A stretch of DNA of 62,366 nucleotides, counting the filler, from Platydemus manokwari (taxonomy: Eukaryota), in the NCBI GenBank assembly GCA_037951405.1. It is 5 parts of 5 records of this genome, joined end to end, with 100 filler letters (N's around TTAATTAATTAA, not from the genome) between each part and the next. Parts side by side here need not be neighbours in the genome. Positions count along the whole stretch, not along the records: positions 1 to 11,481 come from JBBMOY010652208.1; positions 11,582 to 22,222 come from JBBMOY011117219.1; 3 more parts are not named here. One strand, written 5' to 3'. This document shows, in pieces, positions 1 to 12,510 of this stretch (positions are counted from its first letter, which is position 1; each line of letters starts with the position of its first letter). The notes beneath the pieces are model-generated. The model did not search any database, was not told the origin of the DNA, and was given only the letters and a program-made list of their open reading frames with translations. Both the position numbers and the translations under genes were made by a program.

Positions 1-649
1 TCTTTGTTAACATAAATACTAACTAATTGTAATCACTACTCTTTGTATTATTTTGATTCATAATTATATCTTATTTCCGTGTGTTATTGTTATTTATTAT
101 TATTATATTGCTATTTACATTATAAACTACTTCTATTGAACGTAACCAATCGTTTGGAGTCCGATTGGAATCAACGAGCACATTAGATAAATAAAGTGCA
201 ACCAACCAATAATCCACCAAACCTCAATATCAGTAAAAACCAATATATATTTGAAAATATGGACAAACTTCTATTGTTATTATCTTTATTTAAAGTAGAA
301 AATATTATTTATTTCAGTGATAGATTTTTTGTCTTTCAAAAGCTTTTCAAAGTCGAACTTGATATCTCTTTCAACAATAGATTTTTTGTCCTTTCAAAGT
401 TTTTACTTTTGATCATAAATCTTTTTTGTGTGAGTGAATTTTCTGAATTTCCTACTGCATATATATTATTTTCTATTGAGGATTATGAATAATTATTTTT
501 GTTTATTATTTTATTTTTTCCTGTTGAATTTTAAAATTATTTTATAAATCTGCCTACATTAATAATTTAAAATTATTATTCACCCACATTTATAATTTAT
601 ATTTATAAATGTTATTATAATTTTATTATTATTATTATTATTATTTTCA

Positions 650-1865
650 AAATATGTTTGGGTTCTGGCCCAACAAGTTAATTAAAACAATTAATTTACA
701 TTGAAAAATATGTGTGTACATTTGCCTGACAGTACGTACGAAATGTGCATTAATTCTTATTTTACTAATTTTATTTAATCAGCATGTATTTTTTATGTTT
801 CTACAACTCATGAATTTTTGGGCAAAAACCGTTTGAAATATTGATATTTATAATTATTATTTATATATATGAAAAATAATAATACTATTAAAATTACCAA
901 TAGCAAATCCATCGAAATTCCCTAAAATAATAAATCAATTTATAAAATATCAATTAGCAATGAGATGTTTAATCGAGAGATATTTTCTCTGCCTAATAAA
1001 TTTATTCAAACAGAATTTCTCTCACCGGTGAATAAATTCACTGGCATTAAATGTAATCGCAGAAAATATCTGTGAGTGAATCACGCTGCCTATATAAGTC
1101 AGTAATCACAATCAAGACGGAAATAATTTCATTGCCATTATTTTTGTTCACAAATTACTACCGTTATTATCGCTGTCTGACGTTATATATATTGGACCCA
1201 CCAACCAAATTTCAATTCGACGCACTGAGGAAGATCATCGGTTGCAGAAGATTAATTTTCCTGTATATGCCCGGCATTTGCTGGAAGACCCAAAGTAAGA
1301 CCGTACCCGTAAAATACTTATCTATATTATATACTATATATTGTATTTCCTATTATATAATTTTCGCTCAAAAATCTTGAGTTAATATTTGTTTTAATCC
1401 AAGAGCAGAAGGTATAAACCGCTATCATCTGGAAATTGTAAGCAGTCTTGAAAACATCTTTATGTATAGTGTAGTTTTAACGTTAAGTTTTTAGTTTATT
1501 TATTTTATGTTTGTTAATTAATATTGATGTTATATTTAATAAATATTTGTAGCATTTAATTTTTAGTTATTAATCACATAGGGATTGTAAAATCATTGTT
1601 TGAAAATCATTTGTAAAGATACAGTTAATAGTTTAAATAGGGTTAAGTATTTTGAGACTGATAATTAAGTTAAGTAAAATGTATCACTACTGCCACGCCT
1701 ATTATCACCACACAATAAGCCTGTACGAGGTGAAGGAACAACAATATAAGGTAAATTACACCTGTGGCCTTAATCAAGAACTCTCTGAGACTGATTGAGA
1801 CAGCAGTGGTATCAAATAGGATAAGCTAAGTAAAACAATAAATTCAATACGACCTGAACATAACA
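650..1865 (+). mobile_element. Solo-LTR-like repeat, copy A (near full length)
   Basis: Imperfect terminal inverted repeats (TATGTTTGGG at 653; CCTGAACATAACA ending 1865). TATA-like CTATATAAG ~1090 and AATAAA ~1837. 1010-1860 aligns by eye with 9290-10140. No internal gag/pol and no clear TSD. Confidence 0.7.
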
Positions 1866-2309
1866 AATATAATTTTGCGCCTTTATAAATTTTATTATTA
1901 CTGTACAATAAATTTTATACTTGAATATTTCTCTACATATCAAAAACTATTCCAAAATAAATCATATATTGTATTTCTTGATTTGTTAATTCAATCGTCA
2001 AATTATAACCCACCGGTATTAATCAAGAGTGATTTGGTTGGCAGATTATTGTGATAATATTTTTGATATTTTAATGAGACCATTTAAAGAAAATCTTTTA
2101 AGTTTTTTTTCGAGTAAAATTTTAAATTTAAAGGACAGCATAAATTAAATTATCATTATTATATTTAACTAATCTAACACTCGATAATCAATACGACACT
2201 CTTAACCATTCAAAATACTTCATCAATCAGAAAATCAGAGTGATGATGAACAATGGAAATAAAATTTATCACTAAATTAAATTTTAAAACAATATTTTTT
2301 AAATTTAAT

Positions 2310-2760
2310 TTATAGGCTTGGCCTTACTAATTTTCGTTATTTCGATCAAAGATGAAATGTTTAATAACCTGTTAGAGCCCTGTGTTAAAGGCTACGTGTG
2401 CCTGATTGTGCATTTTCTTCACCTTGCACTCGTTAATAATGTGGAGATTGCGAGAGTGTCAATGGTGATGTTTCTTATTTCTTTCATTATCTGACTCGTT
2501 TTATAATTAACTTCAATACTTCGTATTATTCGTATTATAATCACCACCTTATTGCTGCAGATATTTGAATAAAAATAAGGTGTAATAATGATATTGAAAT
2601 GATAATGTACGAGAAATTGAGTGAACTTGTTCAATACTGAGTCGATAATAAAAAATTTAGTTTTATGAAACGATATTATTGAATTCAAAATACTCCATAG
2701 GTAAAATACCCTATCAAATATGTAACAACTATAACGTTGGGACTTTAAATTCATGACAAA
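2310..2760 (-). mobile_element. Highly diverged fragment of the same LTR-like family, copy D
   Basis: Reverse strand shares TTATTATCGA..TATTGAA, AAATATCTGCAGCAA, GAGTCAGATAAT (cf. GAGACTGATAAT), a CTCCAC hairpin loop, AGGTGAAG (2417-2424) and terminal TAAGGCC with copies A-C, in the same order. Confidence 0.55.
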
Positions 2761-3170
2761 ATATGCGAATTATAAGTCAGCTGATGGAATTGTGGGAAAA
2801 TCAATTGAATGCTGAATGTGTATCTATAACTAGATAATATATGTTTTCATTATGGGAAGATAATTTATATAATGCGATGTTCTTGACGGACTGTTTATGG
2901 CTGGTTTGGGTTTAAGTCTCTCTTTCTGTTCAATACCAAGCATAAATCATTAACAGCAGATCGATTGTAAAAGAAGTTATCAATGTGTTTTAGAAAATTA
3001 TTCGAAAATTCGATAGTTGCGTAAAAGTATTTGAGCATGTTATGATTTTATTCTTTAAAAAATATAAAGGCACTTGTTCTTGTATAAAATTAGGTTTCAT
3101 TAAAATTTATTATTAATAAAAAAATGTTTTAATATTTGAGATGATAATTTTCTAATATAATAAAATTTAC

Positions 3171-3237
<67 letters not shown>
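3171..3237. repeat. (AAT)n microsatellite
   Basis: Pure AAT run seen directly. Confidence 0.95.
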
Positions 3238-3240
<3 letters not shown>

Positions 3241-4439
3241 GTGTTCATCATGTAAATCCTGAAATCTTTCACTGGAAAGTGTTGAATTTACAAATCAATA
3301 ATTAGTTTAGCATTATTATCTCATGACAACTTGTTTAAAACAGGGATATTGACCAGAAGAATCATCGGTAACGTGATCAGTAAAATTAGTAACTCACAAT
3401 CAATTTCTGAGAGTTGTATCAACAATCATGATTTATCCGTTATCAATCACCATCAGCATTGATTTTAATTTTTGAAATCACTAAATACAATTTTGGCAGT
3501 GCTAGAGAAAAGCCGTTTAAAAATAATAACAAATCTAGAATCGATTAAAACGAATTAAAAACCAAATAAAATCGATGAGATATCTTAGATTAAGCAACGA
3601 TTAGTTGAGGTTTTCATCACCAGCTACAATTCATCTAACAAGACCGATCAGTTCATTCAACCCATCCAGCAATATATCCCAGAAATTAATCCATTAAATT
3701 TGAAAATATTCGCATGATATCAAACCCATTGATCTGTCTCATCAAGTAAGTTCGACTGGATATAAAAATATCCCGCGTGAATACATATAATTGATGACCA
3801 TATATATATATGTGTGTTTTATGGTGAAAATATTAAAACGAGATGATCATCACAACTATATTTCTACAGCTTATGTTTTGAATTTATCGCCAAAGAATTG
3901 TGAAGAGAAAGACAAATAGTTGCTGAAATTTTCCATCTCAAATATTCTCAACTGGTCAGACAGCTCTTCTCATTTAGATAAATCTCACCAAAAGTTTTTC
4001 AAATCTTCTCTCGGAAAACAATTGATTACCATGATTTATTGTTGCCATATATCATGATAATGATCACATCACTATTATTCCAATCAACAAGTGTCACAGA
4101 ACAAATCGAATTACCAGACTCGAAATGAAATGAATAATAATTGATAAACACAGGAGATATATTCATCGATTAGAGTACACCAAATCAAATCGAACACAAT
4201 AAATAAATATCATCTTACATCTATGGAATGATTATCAATTATTATTATCGATTATTGCTCGAAATAAAAATTAAAACAAATCCATTTTCTTTCACAAGTC
4301 AGCATAAGAACTTTGATTTGATAAAGGCTGAGAGAGAATTATTGATAAGAAAGTACAGTCAGTTGTAAATAATCGATAATTAATTTTTAAACTTTAATCA
4401 ATATTTAATCAATAATTAATTAACTATTTAATTTCAACA

Positions 4440-4680
4440 ATAATGTCAATCAATAATCTCAAGAAATATTCGATCGATAATGTCAATCAATAATTCCAAT
4501 CAATATTCAATCGATATTCAATCAATAATCTCAAGAAATATTCGATCGATAATCAATCCATAATTCTGAACAATAATTCATCAATAATCCCAATTAATAA
4601 TCAATCGGTAATCGATCAATAATTCCAAGCAATATTCGGCCGATAATCTCAATCAATAATCAGTCAATAATCTCAAGAAA
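4440..4680. repeat. Degenerate tandem repeat (AATCAATAATCTCAAGAAATATTCGATCGATAAT-like units)
   Basis: Unit seen at ~4448 and ~4520, partially at ~4665, among ATCAATAAT subunits. Confidence 0.7.
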
Positions 4681-7071
4681 GAGAGTGTGAGCATATTGAA
4701 TCGAATTAAATCTTTGAAGATTCGATTTTGTATAGAACTTGAATTTGTGTAGAATTTAATTTTATATAAAAATATATTAATTTGTTTAAATAATTGTATT
4801 TTAACGCATAATTTGATATCGTGGCTTTTCAGTTCGTTTTCGATACGCGTTTTATAAAATAATAGCAGCTTACAAAGCAAATCATCACACCAATGATGAT
4901 AGCCAATAAAATCAATGTCACTTCTAAATAAAAATGAATAAAAATTTATTTCGTTCATAAAAATAAGAGTGAGAATTTGTGAAAATTATTTGATAGAACG
5001 AGATATGATTGGCAAATCATTTCTGAATTGTGATCGTGCTGCTGACATTTGGAGGATGAATATTGTTTGGTGATGGATAATTTCAAGCGATTTCTGTAAT
5101 GGACAGTCAATAACAATCAATATTGATCGAGAAAAAATTATTCTTCAGAAGAGAAATTCAAATAAAATGGTCTCATGGAATACTGATTGATATTGCTGAC
5201 GTCAGATTTAGGAAATTCATTAAGAAATGAAAATAAGAAGCCATTGAAGGGTCAGTGACAAGAGGTGTACTATTTATATAAAGATTAGAGGTTTTATATT
5301 AATAAATATCGATTTATAATTATTTATTTATCTAATATTTGTTTTCGATCAATAATTATTGATATCAATTAATGATTGATAGCTCTTTCAATGCCATAAT
5401 CGACTTCTATGGTAAAAAATACTCCAACATTATCGAAAATGTAACCCCCTAATTAAAAAAGTAAAACAACGAAAAGTTCTTTAAATTCTCCTTCACACTT
5501 CATTCTCCATATCAAACATTTCTCCATGAATGACAAACAATCATTCAACTATAATTGGTACAAATTCTCATTTCGTTCAAGCTCTTGTGGAATGTATTGA
5601 TTTGCTTTAATGATCCCTGATATTGAATTCAATAAATAAATTTGGATCTATCATTGAAGAATGCATTACTAGCCCCTAATATAAAGATAGATATATCTTT
5701 CATCATATCAAGATTAGCTCACTAAATAACCAACTCTAATTTCTGATTCTACTTGCTTCTCTGGCAAATAAAGAAGGAACACAGACCTTTGTGGTATAGT
5801 GGTCGTCCATGAATATAATGTTGATATTATTGTGTTCTTTCATCATGATAACTATGTGTTGATTTTTCTCTTTCTCCACTTTATTCATCTATATATCAAT
5901 GCTACTGAATAACTCAATGCGATGATCCAAACACCCAAAAGCTGCCTTGTTGAGAGAGATGATTTGTCAGATATTAATAACTCCAAACATGCCCTTATTA
6001 TAGAATGTCGCAGAATCGATTCCAATCCATAATAGTTATAATTCATATTGATTTTTGATTAATTTTTTTAAAACCCAATTATCTTTCAATTGATCTTGTT
6101 GCTGTGATGTATTTCATTAACACTGATGAGGATGACACATAGGCAAAGAGAGAGAATATGCTGATTGATATGGCTTATTCAATTACTTACCCGATTGGTT
6201 TGAGCTCTAAATGAGGTCAAACACATAAAAATATTCCAATATTTTATCGCATTGGGAGCTGGATCAGAATTGATTAAGTGTAAATCTTAAATCATTAAGA
6301 GATGTCGTGAGAAAAAGATTTGGTGAACAGCAATTAAAATGATAATATGGATTATCGATGACAGGGAAATTATGAGTTTATTACCAATTATGATTGGCTG
6401 GAAATCGATGTCCAGATACTAGCAAATAACATTATCGATAATGCATTTTGTAATGTACTTTGAATTGTCATGACAACAGGAATCAATGAGTATTTGATGA
6501 CTAATAGAGGACTCTTGAATCGAATATAATTGGTGATAATACATTGTTTTCGTGACAATTAGAAATTATAAAAATATTTCGATTGATTATTTATCGATTT
6601 AATAGTGATGATGGAGATATTTTGAATATAAATAAATAATGTTTATAAACGATCATTAAAGATGATTGATCGGATAAAAATATTCAAAAATCAAATCGAT
6701 AATTGGATTAATTTGCAAAATGTTACCGATCGATATTTGCTAATTAATTAATTTGTCGGCGGTTAATTAGTTAATTAATTAAAGTGAAATTAATTAATTA
6801 ATTGTCAATAATGAAGAGTGTATCAACTAAATAATCAATGGAGAATTTAATTAATTAAATTAATCAATAAATAATTATTCAAATAATCATTTTAAATTCA
6901 AATTCAAAATAATCAATAAAATCGATACAAAATTTATCAATAATTCAAATCCGAAAATCAAGCAGTGAGGCCCATTTCGAACAGCGATTGAAGAGCAATT
7001 TCGCCAAATAATTCAGAAAATTTTTTATTAATTTAATTAAGAGTTTAATTAAAAATTAATTAATATATTGA

Positions 7072-8089
7072 TTAATGAATAATATAGACGTAAATACATG
7101 ATGCGTGTACCATATTATCATCTTCATTGCTGCTCTTGACGTATCCGAGTGAATTGTTGACGACATCCGCATAACATGGGGGATAAATCTCTGGCGATTC
7201 CGGTGTTAGCAATTGATTCTCGTGAATACTGCTATTCGAATGACTATTCGATGCACTCTTGTGCATGCTGCTTGTTTCATTGACACTGAACGCTCTCGCT
7301 CGCGAATATGCACGAGAAGATCGTCTTTTCCGTTGTTTTAATGCGGGATTTTTGTCACCAGCAGCATTTTTCATGTAGAGACATTGCACGTCAAGCATGC
7401 TTGGATGGATCTCATCCCATTTGCAGATCCAAGTATCCGGTCCAGTATCGTCACAACATTGCTATACAAGATATATTATTCTTATCTTGTCCACAACCAT
7501 ACCTCTCTGCATTCATAGCCCAACAGATTTTCCCTAACGCCAGGGGTGTTGATAGTGGGATCGAGCATCACCAACCATCGGACCATACTGAACATTGTTT
7601 TCGTCCGGAACTCATACCATTTCGATGTTTTCTCCTTTTCGGGCTTGTTCGAATGGCAGCCGTCTTTGTGATAAATTCCGTCGATTTCATCTTCATTCTG
7701 TACAGACAAGAATTTCACTCGAAACCCAATTTTCAGGCTTTTGTATTTGCCGCTTAAACCTCTTTGAAACAATTTCGGTTCCACTATGGCACTTTTAGCC
7801 TGACAAAAAACCGACAATAAATCAAATACACGACCGGTGATTGCTCGCATACCGATATTGTGAAGGTGTCGTCGTCCTGACTAAATAGCTCAATGCCGTT
7901 GAGAGCTCGTCGGAATACCAAAATCTCTTTTTTCCACTTTTTAAAAAAGCTATTTTTATCTTTTCTCCAGATTTTCTCTTCGATAAAATCATCATTGGTA
8001 GAAGAATTGCAATTGGTTCGCGAAGAACTCGCGACAATGTTCACATCATGACATAAAAGTTGGTGCGATCCTGACAGAGCAATCGACAT
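7072..8089 (-). CDS. PH-domain protein with C-terminal PPxY motif, 3 exons, 307 aa
   Basis: Exons 8089-7853, 7799-7503, 7461-7072 are joined by phase-0 GT-AG introns of 53 and 41 nt, merging three track ORFs into one frame. PH hallmarks: KIWRKDKNSFFKKWKKEILVF (beta1-beta2) and WYEFRTKTMFSMVRWLVML (beta7-helix). IYPPCYADVV lies in a Ser-rich tail. Confidence 0.85.
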
Positions 8090-9269
8090 TTCCGATCAAA
8101 TCAATTTTTCATTCGCTAGCAATTATCATTTATAATATGATCGAGCATATTTAAAACCAATCATTGTTATAAATGATTTAATTAGTTAATTTAAACTAAG
8201 ACGCATTAAGTAAAAAATATATTTAAATAATTTATATCTGAGAACAGATTTTATATAATTTAAAATTTTTTAGAATAATTCATAACAATCTGAGAACAGA
8301 TTTTATATAATTAAATAATTATAAAAATGATTAATTTTAAAATTTTAAAATTAATAAACTAAACAATTACTTATTTGATAATTAGAGCATGAATATCTTC
8401 ATAATACTCAATACAATTAATATTCCAAGTGGAACTATAGTTCAAGTTTATATTTTTAAATAATCATAATGATAATAATAATGATTTATCATGAAATCAT
8501 TTGGTGCCGCTCAAAACAATGTACATATCTGGAATATTTATTATTTTCTAAGTCATTCAATCTTCTTTGATAACTTTTAAATTATCAAAACTATTTCTGC
8601 ATCCACATTAATAGCTACTTACAGTTAATCCAATACAAATGAATGAATTTGATAAAAGTTTCTGAGACTTGTGTCACAGTCATATATTATTATAAACCAT
8701 TATAATCGAGCTTTGTGTAAAATCTATTCGATAATAAGAGAAAACCACTTATAACTCAATGATAACAAATTCACTGTGATAATTATAATCTGGCTTCATA
8801 GATTTTTATTCTCGGTAGGGTCCTTCTCTAAGCCTTTTAAGTATATATACTATATAATAGTTTAAAATGAATGTTGAATAGTTATGAATCTGAAAGAATA
8901 ATAAAAAAATAATAACGAACGAAATAATAAAGAAAGCACGCTATAAGATCATCTTTTATTAATTAATATTATCTTGTTCAGTAATCATCAAGAAATTGTG
9001 GAATAATATGTAGAATCTAAGAAGGATAAATTTAAATTCTACTTAACAATATTTCGTTCTGATATTTTAGTTCTGATTCAGAAATCGGATTCACTCAAGA
9101 GGAAATACAAACCGAAAATTGAGATTAAAGCAATCTCAGAACCAGAAAAAGGAACACATAAAGGATATAAAAGACCACAAAAGACATCCAATTTTTTAAA
9201 AGACCCCACGTGTTTAACAATCTTTATTTCGTGTATGTCAATCAATCTCTTGTGTATTTATATTTTTTC

Positions 9270-10142
9270 AATATTTCTGTCTCCTGGTTCAGAGAGAATT
9301 TCTCTCACCAATGAATAAATTCCAGCAAAAATAATAAATCCACTGACATTAGATTTAATCGCAGAGAATATATGTGCGAGTGATTTACTGCTGTCTATAT
9401 AAGGCAGCGGTCACAATTAGCAGTGCCATTATTATTCAATTAAAGAAGTCGTAGTCATATGTCACCTAATTGTCATATACGGGAAAAGACTTTATTTCAT
9501 AATTCAATAAAGACTTTTCAGTTTTCGATATTTTATATGCCCAGTACCTCACTTGAAACGCTCCGCAGTAAGAAGACTCCATTCGTGTAAAATACTGGTT
9601 CATATTATATATTGTATCATTTATCTCTTATTATCGAGTTGCTCAAAATATTGAAAGGTAATCGGTTTTGCCCCAAGAACGTGGAGCGTATTAACCGTCT
9701 TTTTATCTAGGAGTTCTTAATGTCCGTTATAAGTGTAACATTATGTATATTGCAGTTTTATAATCCATTTTTAATTTTTATTTTATTATTGTTAATCATT
9801 TTTGTATTGATGTCATTATTAATAAATATTTGTAGTAGCAAGTTTTAGTTATTATTCATTTAGGGATCGTTAAATTATCATTCATTATCATTTGCATTAG
9901 TCTAATTAGTAGTTTAAATTGGTTTATACAATTTGAGACTGATAGTTTAGTTAATTAAAATATATCGCTACTGCCGTACATATTGTTCTCACACAATAAG
10001 GGTGTGCGAGGTGAAGGAACATCAATATAAGGTAGATTAAACCTGTGGCCTTAATCTAGAACTCATGGAGACTGATTAAGACAGTAGTGGTATAGAGTAG
10101 AATTAAGCTTGATAAAACAATAAAATCAATAAGGCCCGAATG
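9270..10142 (+). mobile_element. Solo-LTR-like repeat, copy B
   Basis: Collinear with copy A from GAATTTCTCTCACC through CTATATAAG (~9395) and the structured 3' block to AATAAA (~10119), with many substitutions and indels. Confidence 0.75.
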
Positions 10143-11481
10143 CGTCGTATTAATATTTATAAAAGGATCTTGTTTAAAAGGATCATTTTAAAATTATTAA
10201 AATTAAAAATTAAATCTTATTAAGAAAATAAGGAGTAATAATAAAAATGTGAGCACTTTTACATTTGAATTAAAGATGAAGACGAGTCAGTGGAAATAAA
10301 CTTAAACTTAGTATTTACAATTCGCTTGAAAAATTGATGTATATTTTTAATATATATTTTTTGTTCCGTTGCAAACATTACTTTTGATTTGAAAATGAAG
10401 AATGAAGAAATTTTGGCATCTAACAGTTTTCATTAATAAATAACGTTATTTTCTCGGAGTTGTAGAATTTGATGCGACAATACCAGTTTTGCCCTGTTTT
10501 GATTTATAATGCGATGAACGACTTGATCATGGTTTATGGTGATAATGATAATAATATAAGAGGTGTTCCGTTGAACTGTTTATATTCTACTTTAAGCGTG
10601 ACTATCAGACCTCAGAATGTAGAGTAAAAACCTTGATAATTATTCGATATTATCAAAACGTTGAGTACAATTTTATTTAGAATGTATATTGTGTGCTTCT
10701 ATATTGACAGCACGAAGAGTCTGGAGATGGCTCTACCCGTAATAGCCCGGATTTATTTTTTATCGGTGGTTAGATCAGTACTCGGTGTTCAAGTCAGTAT
10801 TTCAAATTTATTTACACTTCAACTGAATTGAATCCAATCTGAAGATTCTATAATAAAATTTCTTTATAAAATGAATAGAATATAACCATTACTTTCCAAG
10901 ATTATCGAATTCGAAACGCTAATAATTTCTCGTAGCACGATTGTATGGTTAATACAATGTGAATTGACCTTTTGATGCTATTTTTAATAAATAACAATAA
11001 AAGTCTTTTCGATAGTTAGAAAGGGTTTCTTTTATTTCTAGATCTACAAGGTTAGAAGCTTCTATTTCACTGTATAATTTTCTTCGATTCGAATTAAAAA
11101 TCGACTTGTATATCAGAGTCCCTGATTTCTCGATTACCGATTGGGCGATAGAATTATTTGTTATTCCGATATAATTCAGTTAACTGTCATCAATTGTTAA
11201 CGTTCTAATAAACACAATTTATTCTGATAAGTGATAAGGGGCAGTTTCTTTCTTCTATTTGGCTTTATTTACATTGTTTTATTATAATTTATATTCCGTT
11301 AATTTTTAATATACTGTTTAATATTTATTTATACTATATTCACTAAGTTATTTTGATGGTTTCTATATTTAGTAACTAATTTATTTAAATTCTATTTTTA
11401 TATTTCTTTTATCCTATTTTTGGAATAATCTCAAACTTCTAATTTAAATTAAGTTAATCATTGTTATACTTTATATTATAA

Positions 11482-11581
11482 NNNNNNNNNNNNNNNNNNN
11501 NNNNNNNNNNNNNNNNNNNNNNNNNTTAATTAATTAANNNNNNNNNNNNNNNNNNNNNNNNNNNNNNNNNNNNNNNNNNNN
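11482..11581. other. Assembly gap (44N-TTAATTAATTAA-44N spacer)
   Basis: N run with an artificial stop-codon linker, identical at all four gaps. Confidence 0.98.
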
Positions 11582-12270
11582 AGATCTTTCCAAGTAAATG
11601 CTCATATTCTTTGTTATCAAAAGTATTTCCCAAAAAATAATAACCTATCTAATTAATACAAGTCATCAACCTACATAATATCAAAGTCCAAATCCAGCAT
11701 TATTAAAAAAAGACTAATAAATCCGAATAATAATCATAACTAAATCAAAAATTTCAAAAACAAATCCACAATGACTAATTGATCAATCATTAATAAGTGT
11801 TATAGAAGTCTTTCAGATGCTTTCCAAAATTTGGTTATCAGCATAACACTGTTAAACAATGAATTTGCTTCATCAATCTAGGAAATTAAGAGATTTAAAA
11901 GAACAAAATTGAAGAAAAATTAATTGTTACTATTTGATCTAAAATTGAATTTGTATAAAAATAATTTTTTACATGAAATTTAAGAACAATATACATAAAA
12001 TTAATAATAAAATTACTTCATATACGGAAATTCATTATTTTTTAACTGAAGGGAAAATTTTTAGTTTATTAATTATATTATGAAACATTTTAAGAAATTT
12101 TCAAACAGCCGAAATAGAATAGTGATAAGTTAGCTAACATATTCAATGATGAATACTTTTTAATAAAAATTTCTTTTTAATTTAATAGTTCTTTCAAACC
12201 TGATTCAACGGAAATATGTAATTACTATATTTCTATTCTTCAGTGAAATCAGAAATTTTATTGTCTATGT

Positions 12271-12375
12271 CAGAGTTGGCCAACTTTTGTGTACGTAAGA
12301 TCGACTTTTCATTTGAATAACATCTCACGCGATCGACTGAAATTGGCTTCAAGATCGACTGGTTGGCCACTCCTG
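12271..12375. mobile_element. hAT (Charlie/Buster-type) MITE, 105 bp
   Basis: TIRs CAGAGTTGGCCAAC / GTTGGCCACTCCTG. 8-bp TSD GTCTATGT (12263-12270) / GTCTATAT (12376-12383). Internal GATCGACT x3. Confidence 0.8.
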
Positions 12376-12510
12376 GTCTATATGATATTGAAATTCAAAC
12401 AAAAAGATAAGTTTAATTATTTCAAATCGAGTACAAATTTGTAAGAATTAACTTTCAGTTTTCAAATACAAATAATAAGTCTCTTGTCTAAGGATTTAAT
12501 AAATAATTTC

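Noticed and set aside
1728-1795. Hairpin-ribozyme-like words in copy A (AGGAACA..GTAAATTAC loop-B-like; AGAA/AGAC loop-A-like)
   Set aside because: Helices 2 and 4 cannot form properly, and the loop-B words are absent from copies C and D.
1657-1815. Hammerhead ribozyme (CTGAT.. cores)
   Set aside because: No CTGANGA followed by a stem and GAAA in any copy.
196-4958. Short ORFs 196-492, 1072-1380, 2419-2754, 4653-4958
   Set aside because: F/I/L/K-rich chance ORFs of AT-rich or LTR sequence with no motifs.
7308-7798. Plus-strand ORFs of 149 and 67 aa
   Set aside because: Antisense shadows of the PH gene.
7822-8037. Frameshift giving WKKRFWY in the PH gene
   Set aside because: The spliced model is fully in frame without a frameshift.
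650-10142. A and B as paired LTRs of one element that captured the PH gene
   Set aside because: Too diverged, no PBS/PPT or gag-pol between them, and the gene retains introns.
10764-10796. tRNA/SINE-like A and B boxes (GGTGGTTAGA..GTTCAAGTC)
   Set aside because: Spacing too short and no cloverleaf.
11526-11537. TTAATTAATTAA palindrome repeated four times
   Set aside because: Artificial scaffold linker centred in every N gap.
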